From an uncultured Thermoanaerobaculia bacterium (lineage in GTDB: Bacteria > Acidobacteriota > JBCCFW01), in contig CAZTIW010000007.1 in the NCBI GenBank assembly GCA_964613915.1, forward strand, positions 67,828 to 131,827: 64,000 nucleotides of DNA, given 5' to 3'. Each line of letters begins with the position of its first letter. The stretch's first letter is position 1. The position numbers were made by a program, and so were the translations under genes. This document shows positions 6,943-15,689 of the stretch, piece by piece. The notes beneath the pieces were generated by a model that was not told the DNA's origin, ran no database searches, and saw nothing but the letters and a program-made list of their open reading frames with translations.

Positions 6943-9840
6943 GTGGACCTCTCGAAGTTCCTCGGGAAGTTCCGCGACGCGACGCGCGATCACCTGCGTC
7001 GCATGAACGAGCTGCTCCTGCGCCTCGAGCAGGAGCCCGGTTCCGAGGACTCGGTCACGGAGCTGATGCGGGAGATCCACACGCTCAAGGGCGAGGCGCG
7101 CATGATGGGGGCGAGCGCGATGGCGGATCTCGCGCACGCCACGGAGGACCTGCTCAAGGCGCAGGAGGCTGCGAGATTCGAGGGCCTCGCGAGCGTCATT
7201 GACCTGCTGTTCGCGGTGTTCGACGACACCGACCGCCTGCTGCGCGAGATGCTCGGCGAGGCGCCCGCCGAGGTGGACGTGGCCGCGCGCTGCCGGGCGC
7301 TCCGCACCGCGGCGGGCCTTCCACCCGAGCCCGAGGACGAGCCCGTCGAGGCCAGCGACGCGCCTCCCGTCGACGACGCTCCGTCGCGCGCCCTTTCCAT
7401 GCAGCCGTTGCCCGAGCTCCCCTCGGTGGCGTCCCCTCAGGACGAGGGCCTCGACATGGGGGATCTCGGGCTCGAGGAGGACGAGGACGACGGCGACTGG
7501 GAGCCGCCACCGCCCGATGCCGACGTCGATCCGGAGGCCGCCCTGCGCGAGGCGTTCGGGCTTCAGGCCGGCGTGGCCCAGGAGATCGGCGAGGGCGGCG
7601 CCGTCGCTGCTCCTGGCGAGCGCGCGGTCTCCGTCGGCGGGAGCTCCCAGAAGTTCGTCGCCCGGTATCGGGACGTCGCGCAAGAGCGGCTGCGCGCGTT
7701 GCAGGCCGCGCTGACGGCGCTCGGACGATCCGCCGATGACACGGCCGCGCTGGGAACGCTGGCGGATGAAGCATCCGCCCTCGCCGACGAATCGCGGCAG
7801 CTCGGCTTCGACGACGCGGCCCTTCTCGCCCACGGGTGCGCCGCGGTCGGCGCCGTCAGCGATCCCGCCCGCGTGCGAGCGAGCCTCGGCGCCGTGGCCG
7901 ATGCGCTCGAGGCGCTCGGGCGCATCGTCGCCGAGCGGCTCGGCGGTCCGCCGGCGAACGCGGACGTCGGCACGCTCCTCGAGCGCCTGGCGGAGGCTCG
8001 CCCCCCGGAGGGCGAAACGCCTGTCAGCGCTCCGGCGCGCGCGGGAGGCGGGACGGTCGCCGCGCAGTCAGCGCCGGTCGCGCCCGTTCGCGGCGCGGTC
8101 GAGGAGACCATCCGCGTTTCCGTGGGCCGGCTCGACCGGCTCGGCATGCTCTCGAGCGACATCTACCTCAGCCATGCGTCGGCCGAGACGCGCTTGCGCC
8201 ACCTGCGAGGCCTTCTCGAGCAAGCCAAGGCCTGCGTCCAGGCGGTCGGACAGGCCCGGTCGGCGCTGGGCGCGGCGGGGGCGGCCGGAGGCGCGGTCTC
8301 GTCGCTGATTCCGATCCACGACGAGCTGCTCACGAGCGCGCGCGCCCTGCGACGCGGCGTGCGCGATGTCCTGCGCGTCGAGCGCGACGAGCTGCTCCGA
8401 TCGGGCCACGCTGTCGTGGAACTGCGCGAGCGCGTTCGCGAGCTGCAAGTGCTCCCGGTCTCGACGCTCTTCGACCTCTACCCGCGCATGGTGCGCGATC
8501 TCGCGCGCGATCTCGGCAAGCAGGTCAAGCTCGTCATCGAGGGGGGCGATCGCGAGCTGGACAGGCGGGTGCTGGACGAGATCCGCGACCCCATGGTGCA
8601 TCTCCTTCGCAACGCGATCGACCACGGGATCGAGAGTCCGTCCGTCCGGCAGGCCGCGGGGAAGCCCGCCGCCGGGACGCTCACGCTGTCCGCCCGCGCT
8701 GACGGCGACCACGTCGTCATCGAGGTGCGCGACGACGGCGCGGGCATCGATCCGGCCGCGATCCGCCGCGTGGCGGTGGCACGGGGCGTGCTGTCGGCGG
8801 ACGAGGTCGCGACGCTCAGCGACGAGCGCGCCATGGACCTCATCTTCAACGCCGGATTCTCGTCGCGGGACGCCGTGACCGACGTGTCGGGTCGCGGTGT
8901 CGGTCTGGACGTCGTGCGCGAGCGCGTGGATCGGCTCGAGGGCACGCTGTCCGTCTGGTCCGTTCCGGGGCAGGGGACTCGGTTCGTCGTGCGCCTGCCG
9001 CTCACGCTCGCGATGGCGAGGCTCATCCTGGCGCGCGCGGGCGGCCTTCTCGTCGGCCTGCCTGCCGCGCTCGTGGACGAGGTGCTGCCCATCCACGAGT
9101 CACAGGTCCGCCGCGTGGAAGGCTACGAGGCCGTCGAGTGGTCGGGCCGCGCCGTGCCGCTGGTCTCGCTCGCGGGCCTGCTCGATCGCGATCCCGAGAC
9201 GATCCCCGGCGCGAACCGCCACGTGGCGGTCGTGCACGTGGACGAGCACGTCGTGGCGCTGGTCGTGGACGCCTTCGCTGGCGAGCGCGAGGCGGTGGTC
9301 AAGCGGCCGGATCCGTTCCTGGGCAAGCTCCGCCACGTCGCCGGGGCGACGATCCTCACCACGGGCGAGGTCGTGACCGTGTTGCACGTGCCGCAGATCA
9401 TCGCCGCGACGATGGGCGTCGAGCCCGCCAGGCTGCAGGCGCGCGTGCGGGTTGCGGCGGAGGCGCCGGCGCGCAAGCGCCGCCTGCTGGTGGTGGACGA
9501 CTCGATCATCGTGCGCGACATGATGAAGAGCGTCCTCGTCGCGGCTGGATTCGAGGTCACGCTGGCGGTGGACGGGCAGGACGGTCTCGACAAGCAGACG
9601 GCTGGCGGCTACGACGCGGTCGTCACGGACGTCGAGATGCCGCGCATGACCGGACTCGAGCTCGTGCGCACGCTGAGGCAGATCCCCGCCATGGCGCGCG
9701 TGCCGATCGTCATGGTCACGACGCTCGACAGCCCCGAGGCGCGGGAGGAAGGCATGCGCGCCGGGGCCTCGGCGTACCTGGTCAAGAACCTGCTCGACAT
9801 GCGTCACCTGGTCGCCACGATCGAGCGCCTGCTCGGCTGA
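6943..9840 (+). CDS. cheA: CheA-CheY hybrid histidine kinase (FrzE/ChpA-like)
   Basis: Hpt REIHTLKG; P3 ETIRVSVGRLDRL; HATPase HLLRNAIDHGIE, DDGAGID, GFSS, GRGVGLDVV; CheW domain; C-terminal receiver VDDS/VTDVEMP. Confidence 0.95.
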   Translation: MDLSKFLGKFRDATRDHLRRMNELLLRLEQEPGSEDSVTELMREIHTLKGEARMMGASAMADLAHATEDLLKAQEAARFEGLASVIDLLFAVFDDTDRLLREMLGEAPAEVDVAARCRALRTAAGLPPEPEDEPVEASDAPPVDDAPSRALSMQPLPELPSVASPQDEGLDMGDLGLEEDEDDGDWEPPPPDADVDPEAALREAFGLQAGVAQEIGEGGAVAAPGERAVSVGGSSQKFVARYRDVAQERLRALQAALTALGRSADDTAALGTLADEASALADESRQLGFDDAALLAHGCAAVGAVSDPARVRASLGAVADALEALGRIVAERLGGPPANADVGTLLERLAEARPPEGETPVSAPARAGGGTVAAQSAPVAPVRGAVEETIRVSVGRLDRLGMLSSDIYLSHASAETRLRHLRGLLEQAKACVQAVGQARSALGAAGAAGGAVSSLIPIHDELLTSARALRRGVRDVLRVERDELLRSGHAVVELRERVRELQVLPVSTLFDLYPRMVRDLARDLGKQVKLVIEGGDRELDRRVLDEIRDPMVHLLRNAIDHGIESPSVRQAAGKPAAGTLTLSARADGDHVVIEVRDDGAGIDPAAIRRVAVARGVLSADEVATLSDERAMDLIFNAGFSSRDAVTDVSGRGVGLDVVRERVDRLEGTLSVWSVPGQGTRFVVRLPLTLAMARLILARAGGLLVGLPAALVDEVLPIHESQVRRVEGYEAVEWSGRAVPLVSLAGLLDRDPETIPGANRHVAVVHVDEHVVALVVDAFAGEREAVVKRPDPFLGKLRHVAGATILTTGEVVTVLHVPQIIAATMGVEPARLQARVRVAAEAPARKRRLLVVDDSIIVRDMMKSVLVAAGFEVTLAVDGQDGLDKQTAGGYDAVVTDVEMPRMTGLELVRTLRQIPAMARVPIVMVTTLDSPEAREEGMRAGASAYLVKNLLDMRHLVATIERLLG

Positions 9841-10096
9841 AGCGCCAGGGGGTTTCATCTCCACGCATCATGGAACCCACCGGACGCATCACGCGGGGCA
9901 TGGCCGCGTGGCCGGGAGGGGACGCCGGGGGACGGCCGCCCCGGCCGGGGCCGCCGGGAGCCGGCGGGCCCCCCGCTGATGATGCGGACTCGGAGTCGCC
10001 GCGAGCGAGCTGGCGGCGTCCTTGACGCCGGGCAGGGGGTCCGGCACTCTTGCGCGGCATCCCCAGCACTGAAGGCCGGAGGCAGAAGGATCCGCC

Positions 10097-10504
10097 GTGA
10101 GCGACGCGTCAGGAGCGAGTCCCGAGGTCAAGGGCAAGGTCCTCGTCATCGACGACTCCGAACTCGTGCTCGAGCTGACGCGCGACGCGCTCGAGGAAGC
10201 CGGCTATCGCGTGTACACGAACTCCTCGTGGATGGAGGTCAACTCGACCATTCGCGAGCACCGTCCCGACATGATCCTTCTGGATCTCATGATGCCCTCG
10301 ATGAAGGGCGAGTCGCTGTGCGAGATCCTCAAGAAGTCCTCATTCGGGCGCTCCATCCCCATCATCATCTTCTCCACGAAGGAGGAGTCCGAGATCCAGC
10401 GCCTGGCAGAGGACGCCGGGGCGGACGGGTACATCGTGAAGCGCATGAACCGCCGGGACATCGTCGAGGCCGTGGACCACTTCTTCGAGAAGTTCTGTGC
10501 GTGA
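10097..10504 (+). CDS. Single-domain response regulator receiver
   Basis: VLVIDDS, ILLDLMMPSMKG, IFST and IVKR motifs. Confidence 0.88.
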   Translation: MSDASGASPEVKGKVLVIDDSELVLELTRDALEEAGYRVYTNSSWMEVNSTIREHRPDMILLDLMMPSMKGESLCEILKKSSFGRSIPIIIFSTKEESEIQRLAEDAGADGYIVKRMNRRDIVEAVDHFFEKFCA

Positions 10505-10560
10505 TCGCCGGCACTCTGCCGTGCCGCGCGCATGCGGAGCCCCATGATCGCTGATCATGG

Positions 10561-10606
10561 CGGGTCGTGCAGCGCGACCCTGGCCGGGTCGTCCGGCGCG
10601 ACCCTG
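10561..10606 (+). repeat. Two tandem 22-bp hairpin-forming repeats upstream of gltX
   Basis: cgggtcgtgcagcgcgaccctg (10561-10582) and cgggtcgtccggcgcgaccctg (10585-10606), each containing a GGGTCG...CGACCC inverted repeat. Confidence 0.75.
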
Positions 10607-10620
10607 ACCCCGGCGCCCTC

Positions 10621-12075
10621 ATGACACGCACCGTTCCGCGCACGCGCATCGCGCCGTCGCCGACGGGCGATCCGCACGTGGGCACGGCGTACATGGCCGT
10701 GTTCAATCGCGCCCTCGCGCACGCGGGCGGCGGCCAGTTCCTGCTGCGCATCGAGGACACCGATCGGCAGAGATTCAACGCCCGGTCCGAAGCGATGATC
10801 TTCCGGGCGCTGGACTGGCTCGGGCTGCGCCCCGACGAGGGGCCGGAGACCGGCGGTCCGCATGCGCCCTACCGGCAGTCGGAGCGCTTGCCGCTGTACC
10901 AGACCCACGCGCAGGTGCTTCTCGAGCGCGACCGCGCGTACCGGTGCTTCTGCACGGGCGAGCGGCTCGAGCGCCTGCGCGCCGCGCAAGCGGCCTCCAG
11001 GCAGCCCCCGCGCTACGACAGGACGTGCTCGGCCATCCCGCGCGATGAGGCCGAGCGGCGAGGCGCGAGCGAGACGCACGTCGTGCGCCTCCGCGTGCCG
11101 CTCGACGGCTCGACCGTCGTGCGCGACGCGTTGCGTGGCGAGGTCGCGTTCGAGAACGCGCTGCTCGACGATCAGGTGCTCCTGAAGTCCGACGGCTTCC
11201 CGACCTACCACCTGGCCGTGGTCGTGGACGATCGCGAGATGGGCATCACGCACGTGATCCGGGGCGAGGAGTGGATCCCGTCCACGCCCAAGCACGTGAT
11301 GCTCTACGACGCGTTCGGCTGGCCCGAGCCGACCTGGTGCCACATGCCGCTGCTGCGCAACGCCGATCGCAGCAAGCTGTCCAAGCGGAAGAACCCGACG
11401 TCGCTGGACTGGTTCCGCGAGCAGGGCTATCTCCCCGAAGCGCTGGTGAACTTCCTGTGCCTCATGGGGTGGTCGCATCCCGACGGAATCGAGTTGTTCG
11501 GGTGGGAGGAGTTCGTCCGCGTCTTCACGCCCGATCGGATTCACCTGGGCGGCCCGATCTTCGACATGGACAAGCTCGCGCACCTGAACGGCCTCTGGAT
11601 CCGCTCGCTCGAGCCCGCCGCGCTTCTCGAGAGACTTCGCTCCGAGCATCACCTCGGTGAACAGGCGATCGGCGCGCCCGAGCCGCTGCTTCTCGGCGCG
11701 GTGGAGCTCGTTCGCGACCGCCTGACGCGGCTGTCCGAGTTCCAGAGCCTGACCGACTTCTTCTTCGCGGATCCCGCCCTCGAGGAGGCGGCGTTGCGAG
11801 GGAGGATGACCGCGCAGGCCGCACGCGGAGCGCTCGACGGGGCGCACGCGGCGCTCGCGGGTCTCGGTTCGTGGGCGACGCCGGACATCGAGGCCGCCGT
11901 GCGCGATCTCGGCGAGGCCGGGCCGCTCAAGAAGAAGGATCTGTTCATGACCTTGCGCGTGGCGATCACGGGACGCACCGTGTCCACGCCTCTCTTCGAA
12001 ACCATGGCCGCGCTCGGGCGAGACACCTCGCTCAAGCGGCTCCGGCGCGCGGCCGACGCCGTGCCCGCCACCTGA
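10621..12075 (+). CDS. gltX: Glutamyl-tRNA synthetase
   Basis: RIAPSPTGDPHVG (HIGH motif), FLLRIEDTD, DGFPTYHLA, HVIRGEEW, KLSKR (KMSKS motif) and LRVAITG. Confidence 0.95.
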   Translation: MTRTVPRTRIAPSPTGDPHVGTAYMAVFNRALAHAGGGQFLLRIEDTDRQRFNARSEAMIFRALDWLGLRPDEGPETGGPHAPYRQSERLPLYQTHAQVLLERDRAYRCFCTGERLERLRAAQAASRQPPRYDRTCSAIPRDEAERRGASETHVVRLRVPLDGSTVVRDALRGEVAFENALLDDQVLLKSDGFPTYHLAVVVDDREMGITHVIRGEEWIPSTPKHVMLYDAFGWPEPTWCHMPLLRNADRSKLSKRKNPTSLDWFREQGYLPEALVNFLCLMGWSHPDGIELFGWEEFVRVFTPDRIHLGGPIFDMDKLAHLNGLWIRSLEPAALLERLRSEHHLGEQAIGAPEPLLLGAVELVRDRLTRLSEFQSLTDFFFADPALEEAALRGRMTAQAARGALDGAHAALAGLGSWATPDIEAAVRDLGEAGPLKKKDLFMTLRVAITGRTVSTPLFETMAALGRDTSLKRLRRAADAVPAT

Positions 12076-12094
12076 TCACGCCGAGGACTCCCCG

Positions 12095-12292
12095 ATGCCC
12101 AAGAAGAAGACGACTGCGAAGACCACCGAACAGCGCGTGGAGGCGCTGAAGAAGCAGGCCAAGCGCCTGGCCGATCGCGCCAAGAAGGCCGCGGGCGAGG
12201 CCGAGCGCAAGCTTCGCAAGGGCGTCAAGCGCGCCCAGCGCAAGGCCCGGCGGATCGGCAACCCGCTGGCGAAGTCCGCCAAGAAGGCCTGA
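12095..12292 (+). CDS. Small Lys/Arg/Ala-rich basic protein
   Basis: 65 aa with 16 K and 9 R against 5 D/E. Preceded by GAGGA. Codons are GC3-rich and AAG-rich, as in real genes. Confidence 0.7.
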   Translation: MPKKKTTAKTTEQRVEALKKQAKRLADRAKKAAGEAERKLRKGVKRAQRKARRIGNPLAKSAKKA

Positions 12293-12310
12293 CGCGGGCG
12301 GCGGGAGCCC

Positions 12311-13117
12311 TCACCAGCCGACGATGGAGTATCCGGCGTCCACGTGCAGCGTTTCGCCCGTGACGCCGGAGCCCAGGTCCGAGAGCAGGTAGAGCCCGCT
12401 CGAGCCGACCTCTTCGGCCGTGACGTTGCGACGGAGCGGTGCCTTCTCGCGGTGATGCTTGAGCATCTCGGTGAACGAGCCGACGCCTCGCGCCGACAGC
12501 GTCGAGATCGGCCCGGCGGAGATGCAGTTCACGCGGATGCCCACGGGGCCGAGCTCGAAGGCCAGCTGCCGGACCGCGTGCTCGAGCGCCGCCTTGGCAG
12601 AGCCCATGACGTTGTAGTTGGGCACGGCGCGCTCGGCGGCCATGTACGACAGCGCGAGCACGGATCCGCCGCGACCCGGCGGGCTGCCTTCAGCTTCCGG
12701 GGGCGCCTCCATGAGCGGCGTGGCGTGCTTCATGACCGCCACGAGCGAGAAGGCCGAGATCTCGAGCGCCACGCGCCAGCCCTCGCGCGACGTGTCGCGA
12801 TAGGCGCCGGCGAGGTCTTCCTTCTGCGCGAAGGCGATGGAGTGCACGCAGGCGTCGAGGCGCGAGGTCTCCTCTCCGATGTGCCTGAAGAGCGCCTCGA
12901 TCTGGGCATCATCCGCCACGTCGCAGGGGAGGACGAGCGCGCCGGGGAGGTCGGCCGCGAGGTCCCGCACGCCGGCCTCCAGGCGGTCGCCCTGATACGT
13001 GAGGATGAGCCGCATGCCCGCGCGGTTGAGCGCCAGGGCGATCGCCCAGGCCAGACTCCGCTTGTTGGCGACGCCAAGAATGAGGCCGGTCCGGCCGGTG
13101 AGGTCGACGGGGTACAC
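12311..13117 (-). CDS. fabI: Enoyl-ACP reductase
   Basis: LILGVANKRSLAWAIA, HSIAFA, YNVMGSAKAALE and RVNCISAGPI motifs. GTG start with a GGAGA RBS. Confidence 0.95.
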   Translation of the reverse strand: MYPVDLTGRTGLILGVANKRSLAWAIALALNRAGMRLILTYQGDRLEAGVRDLAADLPGALVLPCDVADDAQIEALFRHIGEETSRLDACVHSIAFAQKEDLAGAYRDTSREGWRVALEISAFSLVAVMKHATPLMEAPPEAEGSPPGRGGSVLALSYMAAERAVPNYNVMGSAKAALEHAVRQLAFELGPVGIRVNCISAGPISTLSARGVGSFTEMLKHHREKAPLRRNVTAEEVGSSGLYLLSDLGSGVTGETLHVDAGYSIVGW

Positions 13118-13241
13118 CAGGGTCTCCTTGTCCCGGAGAGCCCCGGCAGGAGGCCCTCGCGGCGCCCCGAGCATGCCACGCCGCCATGATAGAGTCGCTG
13201 CGCCAGCGGCGTCTTTCTGCTGCGATCTGGTCTGGAGATCC

Positions 13242-14828
13242 GTGCCCCCCGAGATCCGCTTCGAGCAATCCGGCGAGCGCCGCTCATTCGTGCTCGTCAA
13301 GGATGAGATCCTGATCGGTCGTTCGCCCGAGAACGATCTCATCGTTCAGGACGGCTCGATCTCGCGCCATCACGCCAGGATCCATCGCGAGGGCGGCGCC
13401 TGGCGCCTGTCAGATCTCGGGAGCAAGAACGGGACGCACGTCAACGACGCGGCGGCCGGGGGGACCGTCCTGCGGGACGGCGACGCCATCCTGCTCGGCA
13501 AGGTCCCCATGACCTTCCACGACGCGGCCGAGGGCGTGGCGCTGACGTCGCAGCCGGGCACCATGGTGGACGACGCCTCGGGCACGATCTGCCGGTCGGC
13601 GGTGGACTTCTCCGCCATGGCGGGCAAGCCTGCCGCGGCCACGGAGCGCGCGGCGCAGCTCGACGCCGAGCGCCTGCGCAAGCTCGTCGCCGTGGTGACC
13701 GAGGTGTCGGCCGCGCTCCTGTCGAGCCTGCCGCTCGAGAAGGTGCTCGACTCGCTGCTCGACATCGTCTTCCAGCACCTGCCCGTCGAGCGCGCGTGCG
13801 TCCTGCTCTGGGACGAGAAGCGACAGGAACTGATCCCGAAGGTCATGCGGTCGCGCTCCGAGAAGACCAAGGGCGAGATCAACATCTCGCGCACCATCGC
13901 CGAGAAGGTCTTCCGGGAGAAGGTCGCCGTGCTCACGACGGACGCGCAGCACGACCCGCGGTTCGCGGGCGGAGCGTCCATCCTCGCCCTGGGCATCCGC
14001 TCGGCCATGGCGGCCCCCATCTGGAGGGGCGATCGCGTGGACGGCATCATCTACGTGGACACGCCTCTCCACGTGAAGGCGTTCGACGACTTTGACCTGG
14101 ACCTGCTTTCCGCGCTCGGCAACCATGCCGCCGTCGCCCTCGAGCAGTCCCGGCTGCAGGAGTCCATCCTGAGCGAGCGCCTGTCGCGGCAAAAGCTCGA
14201 GCGGTATCACTCGCCCGGCGTGGTCGAACGGATCACCAAGTCCGGCGGCCAGATGGAGATGCTCGAGGCCGACGAGCGCGAGGTCACCGTGCTCTTCGCC
14301 GACGCCGTGGGGTTCACCGATCGGTGCGAGCACGTCGAGCCCCGCGAGATTGCCGAGTTGCTCAACCGGCACTTCAGCCGCATGGCGGACATGGTGTTCC
14401 GGCACGAGGGCACGCTGGACAAGTTCATCGGCGACTGCCTCATGGCCGTCTTCGGAGCGCCCTTTCCCGTCGAGGACCATCCCGTGCGGGGCGTCCAGGC
14501 GGCCGTGGACATGCGCGAGGCCCTGCGCGAGCTGAACGAGGAGCTGCCCGAGAGCGACCGCCTCGAGTTCCGCGTGGGGCTTCACTCGGGCAGGGTCGTC
14601 GCCGGCGACATCGGGTCGGCCAAGCGTTCCGACTACACGGTGCTCGGCGCGACGGTGAATCTGGCCGCGAGGATCCAGGGGAGCGTCGCGGAGCCCGGGC
14701 AGATCATCATCAGCGATGCCACGGCCTCCGCGCTCGGGAACCGGTTCCGCCTGCGCGAGGTGGGGGAGTATCAGCCCAAGGGCATCTCGCGTCCGGTGAT
14801 GTGCTTCGAGGTTCTCGGCCACGCCTGA
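13242..14828 (+). CDS. FHA-GAF-class III adenylate cyclase
   Basis: FHA (IGRSPENDL...ISRHHA...DLGSKNGT), GAF (IRSAMAAPI...IIYVD) and cyclase (VLFADAVGFT, DKFIGDCLMAVFG, DYTVLGATVNLAARI). Confidence 0.92.
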   Translation: MPPEIRFEQSGERRSFVLVKDEILIGRSPENDLIVQDGSISRHHARIHREGGAWRLSDLGSKNGTHVNDAAAGGTVLRDGDAILLGKVPMTFHDAAEGVALTSQPGTMVDDASGTICRSAVDFSAMAGKPAAATERAAQLDAERLRKLVAVVTEVSAALLSSLPLEKVLDSLLDIVFQHLPVERACVLLWDEKRQELIPKVMRSRSEKTKGEINISRTIAEKVFREKVAVLTTDAQHDPRFAGGASILALGIRSAMAAPIWRGDRVDGIIYVDTPLHVKAFDDFDLDLLSALGNHAAVALEQSRLQESILSERLSRQKLERYHSPGVVERITKSGGQMEMLEADEREVTVLFADAVGFTDRCEHVEPREIAELLNRHFSRMADMVFRHEGTLDKFIGDCLMAVFGAPFPVEDHPVRGVQAAVDMREALRELNEELPESDRLEFRVGLHSGRVVAGDIGSAKRSDYTVLGATVNLAARIQGSVAEPGQIIISDATASALGNRFRLREVGEYQPKGISRPVMCFEVLGHA

Positions 14829-14843
14829 TCGCGCGGCGGCTGC

Positions 14844-15689
14844 TCACTGCGGCTGGACGGCGAGGAACGACGGCACGGGCACGCCTGCCACGAGCAGCGC
14901 AGGGTCTGACCCCGCGACGTGCAATTGCGAGGAGGAGCCGCCATCCAGGTTGATGGCGGCCGCGAGGCCCGCGCCCCCGTCCGCCGGCGAGCGCGCGAGA
15001 AGCCGCGCGAGCTCTCCGAGCGTCACGGCGCCCGTGGTGGCCCCGATGACGATGCGGCCCTGCGCATCCTGGCCGACGAAGGACCGGCGCGCGACGCGCG
15101 GGGACGTGAGGGTCCGCGCCTTCCCGTTCATCACGAGCAGGGGGCCTGCTTGCACGGCCTCGGTCGTGCCGGCCGGAAGCGGCGCGGCGGCCTCGCCCAG
15201 CACGAGGCGCCCGGAGGCGATCGCGGCCCACGCCCAGCCGCGACGGTTGACCGCCTGGATCTGCCGGCCGCCGCTCACGAGCGCGCCGACGGGGTGGCCC
15301 CGCTCGTCGAAGTAGGCGGCGTTGATCACGGCCAGCGCGCCGGACTCCGCGGCGAAGGGCGAGGCGAGGTGGCGCGTGAAGGCGCCGGTCTGGCTGGTCG
15401 GGGCGGCGGACACCAGGCGGTGGGCGGCCGGGTCGAGCCGCACCAGCCACGCGACGTCAGGCGCCTCCGCTCGCGCCGGCAAGTCGAGGCTGCGCAACTC
15501 CAGCCCGCCCGGGAGCGCGCGCCAGGCGCCGCCCGTGGCTCCGCCCGGCGCGCCCGCGCCGTGGGCGAGGGACGCGGTGGCCGCGAGGAGAGCCGCGAGG
15601 ACGGCGATGCTTGGCCTGCGCGGCCGAGAGGCTACAATGCCCGCCCAGGAGCTGCCGATGCCCGATTGCCGTGGAAACTCTGCTCGCAT
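14844..15689 (-). CDS. Secreted phosphodiester glycosidase family protein (NAGPA/DUF2233-like); start uncertain
   Basis: AVINAAYFD, VQAGPLLV, RSFVG and AINLDGGSSS motifs, with a signal-peptide-like N-terminus. Confidence 0.75.
   Translation of the reverse strand: MRAEFPRQSGIGSSWAGIVASRPRRPSIAVLAALLAATASLAHGAGAPGGATGGAWRALPGGLELRSLDLPARAEAPDVAWLVRLDPAAHRLVSAAPTSQTGAFTRHLASPFAAESGALAVINAAYFDERGHPVGALVSGGRQIQAVNRRGWAWAAIASGRLVLGEAAAPLPAGTTEAVQAGPLLVMNGKARTLTSPRVARRSFVGQDAQGRIVIGATTGAVTLGELARLLARSPADGGAGLAAAINLDGGSSSQLHVAGSDPALLVAGVPVPSFLAVQPQ

Noticed and set aside
9870-10025. 51-aa Pro/Gly-rich ORF between cheA and the receiver gene
   Set aside because: No RBS, no motif and atypical composition. 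It cannot be distinguished from a chance ORF.
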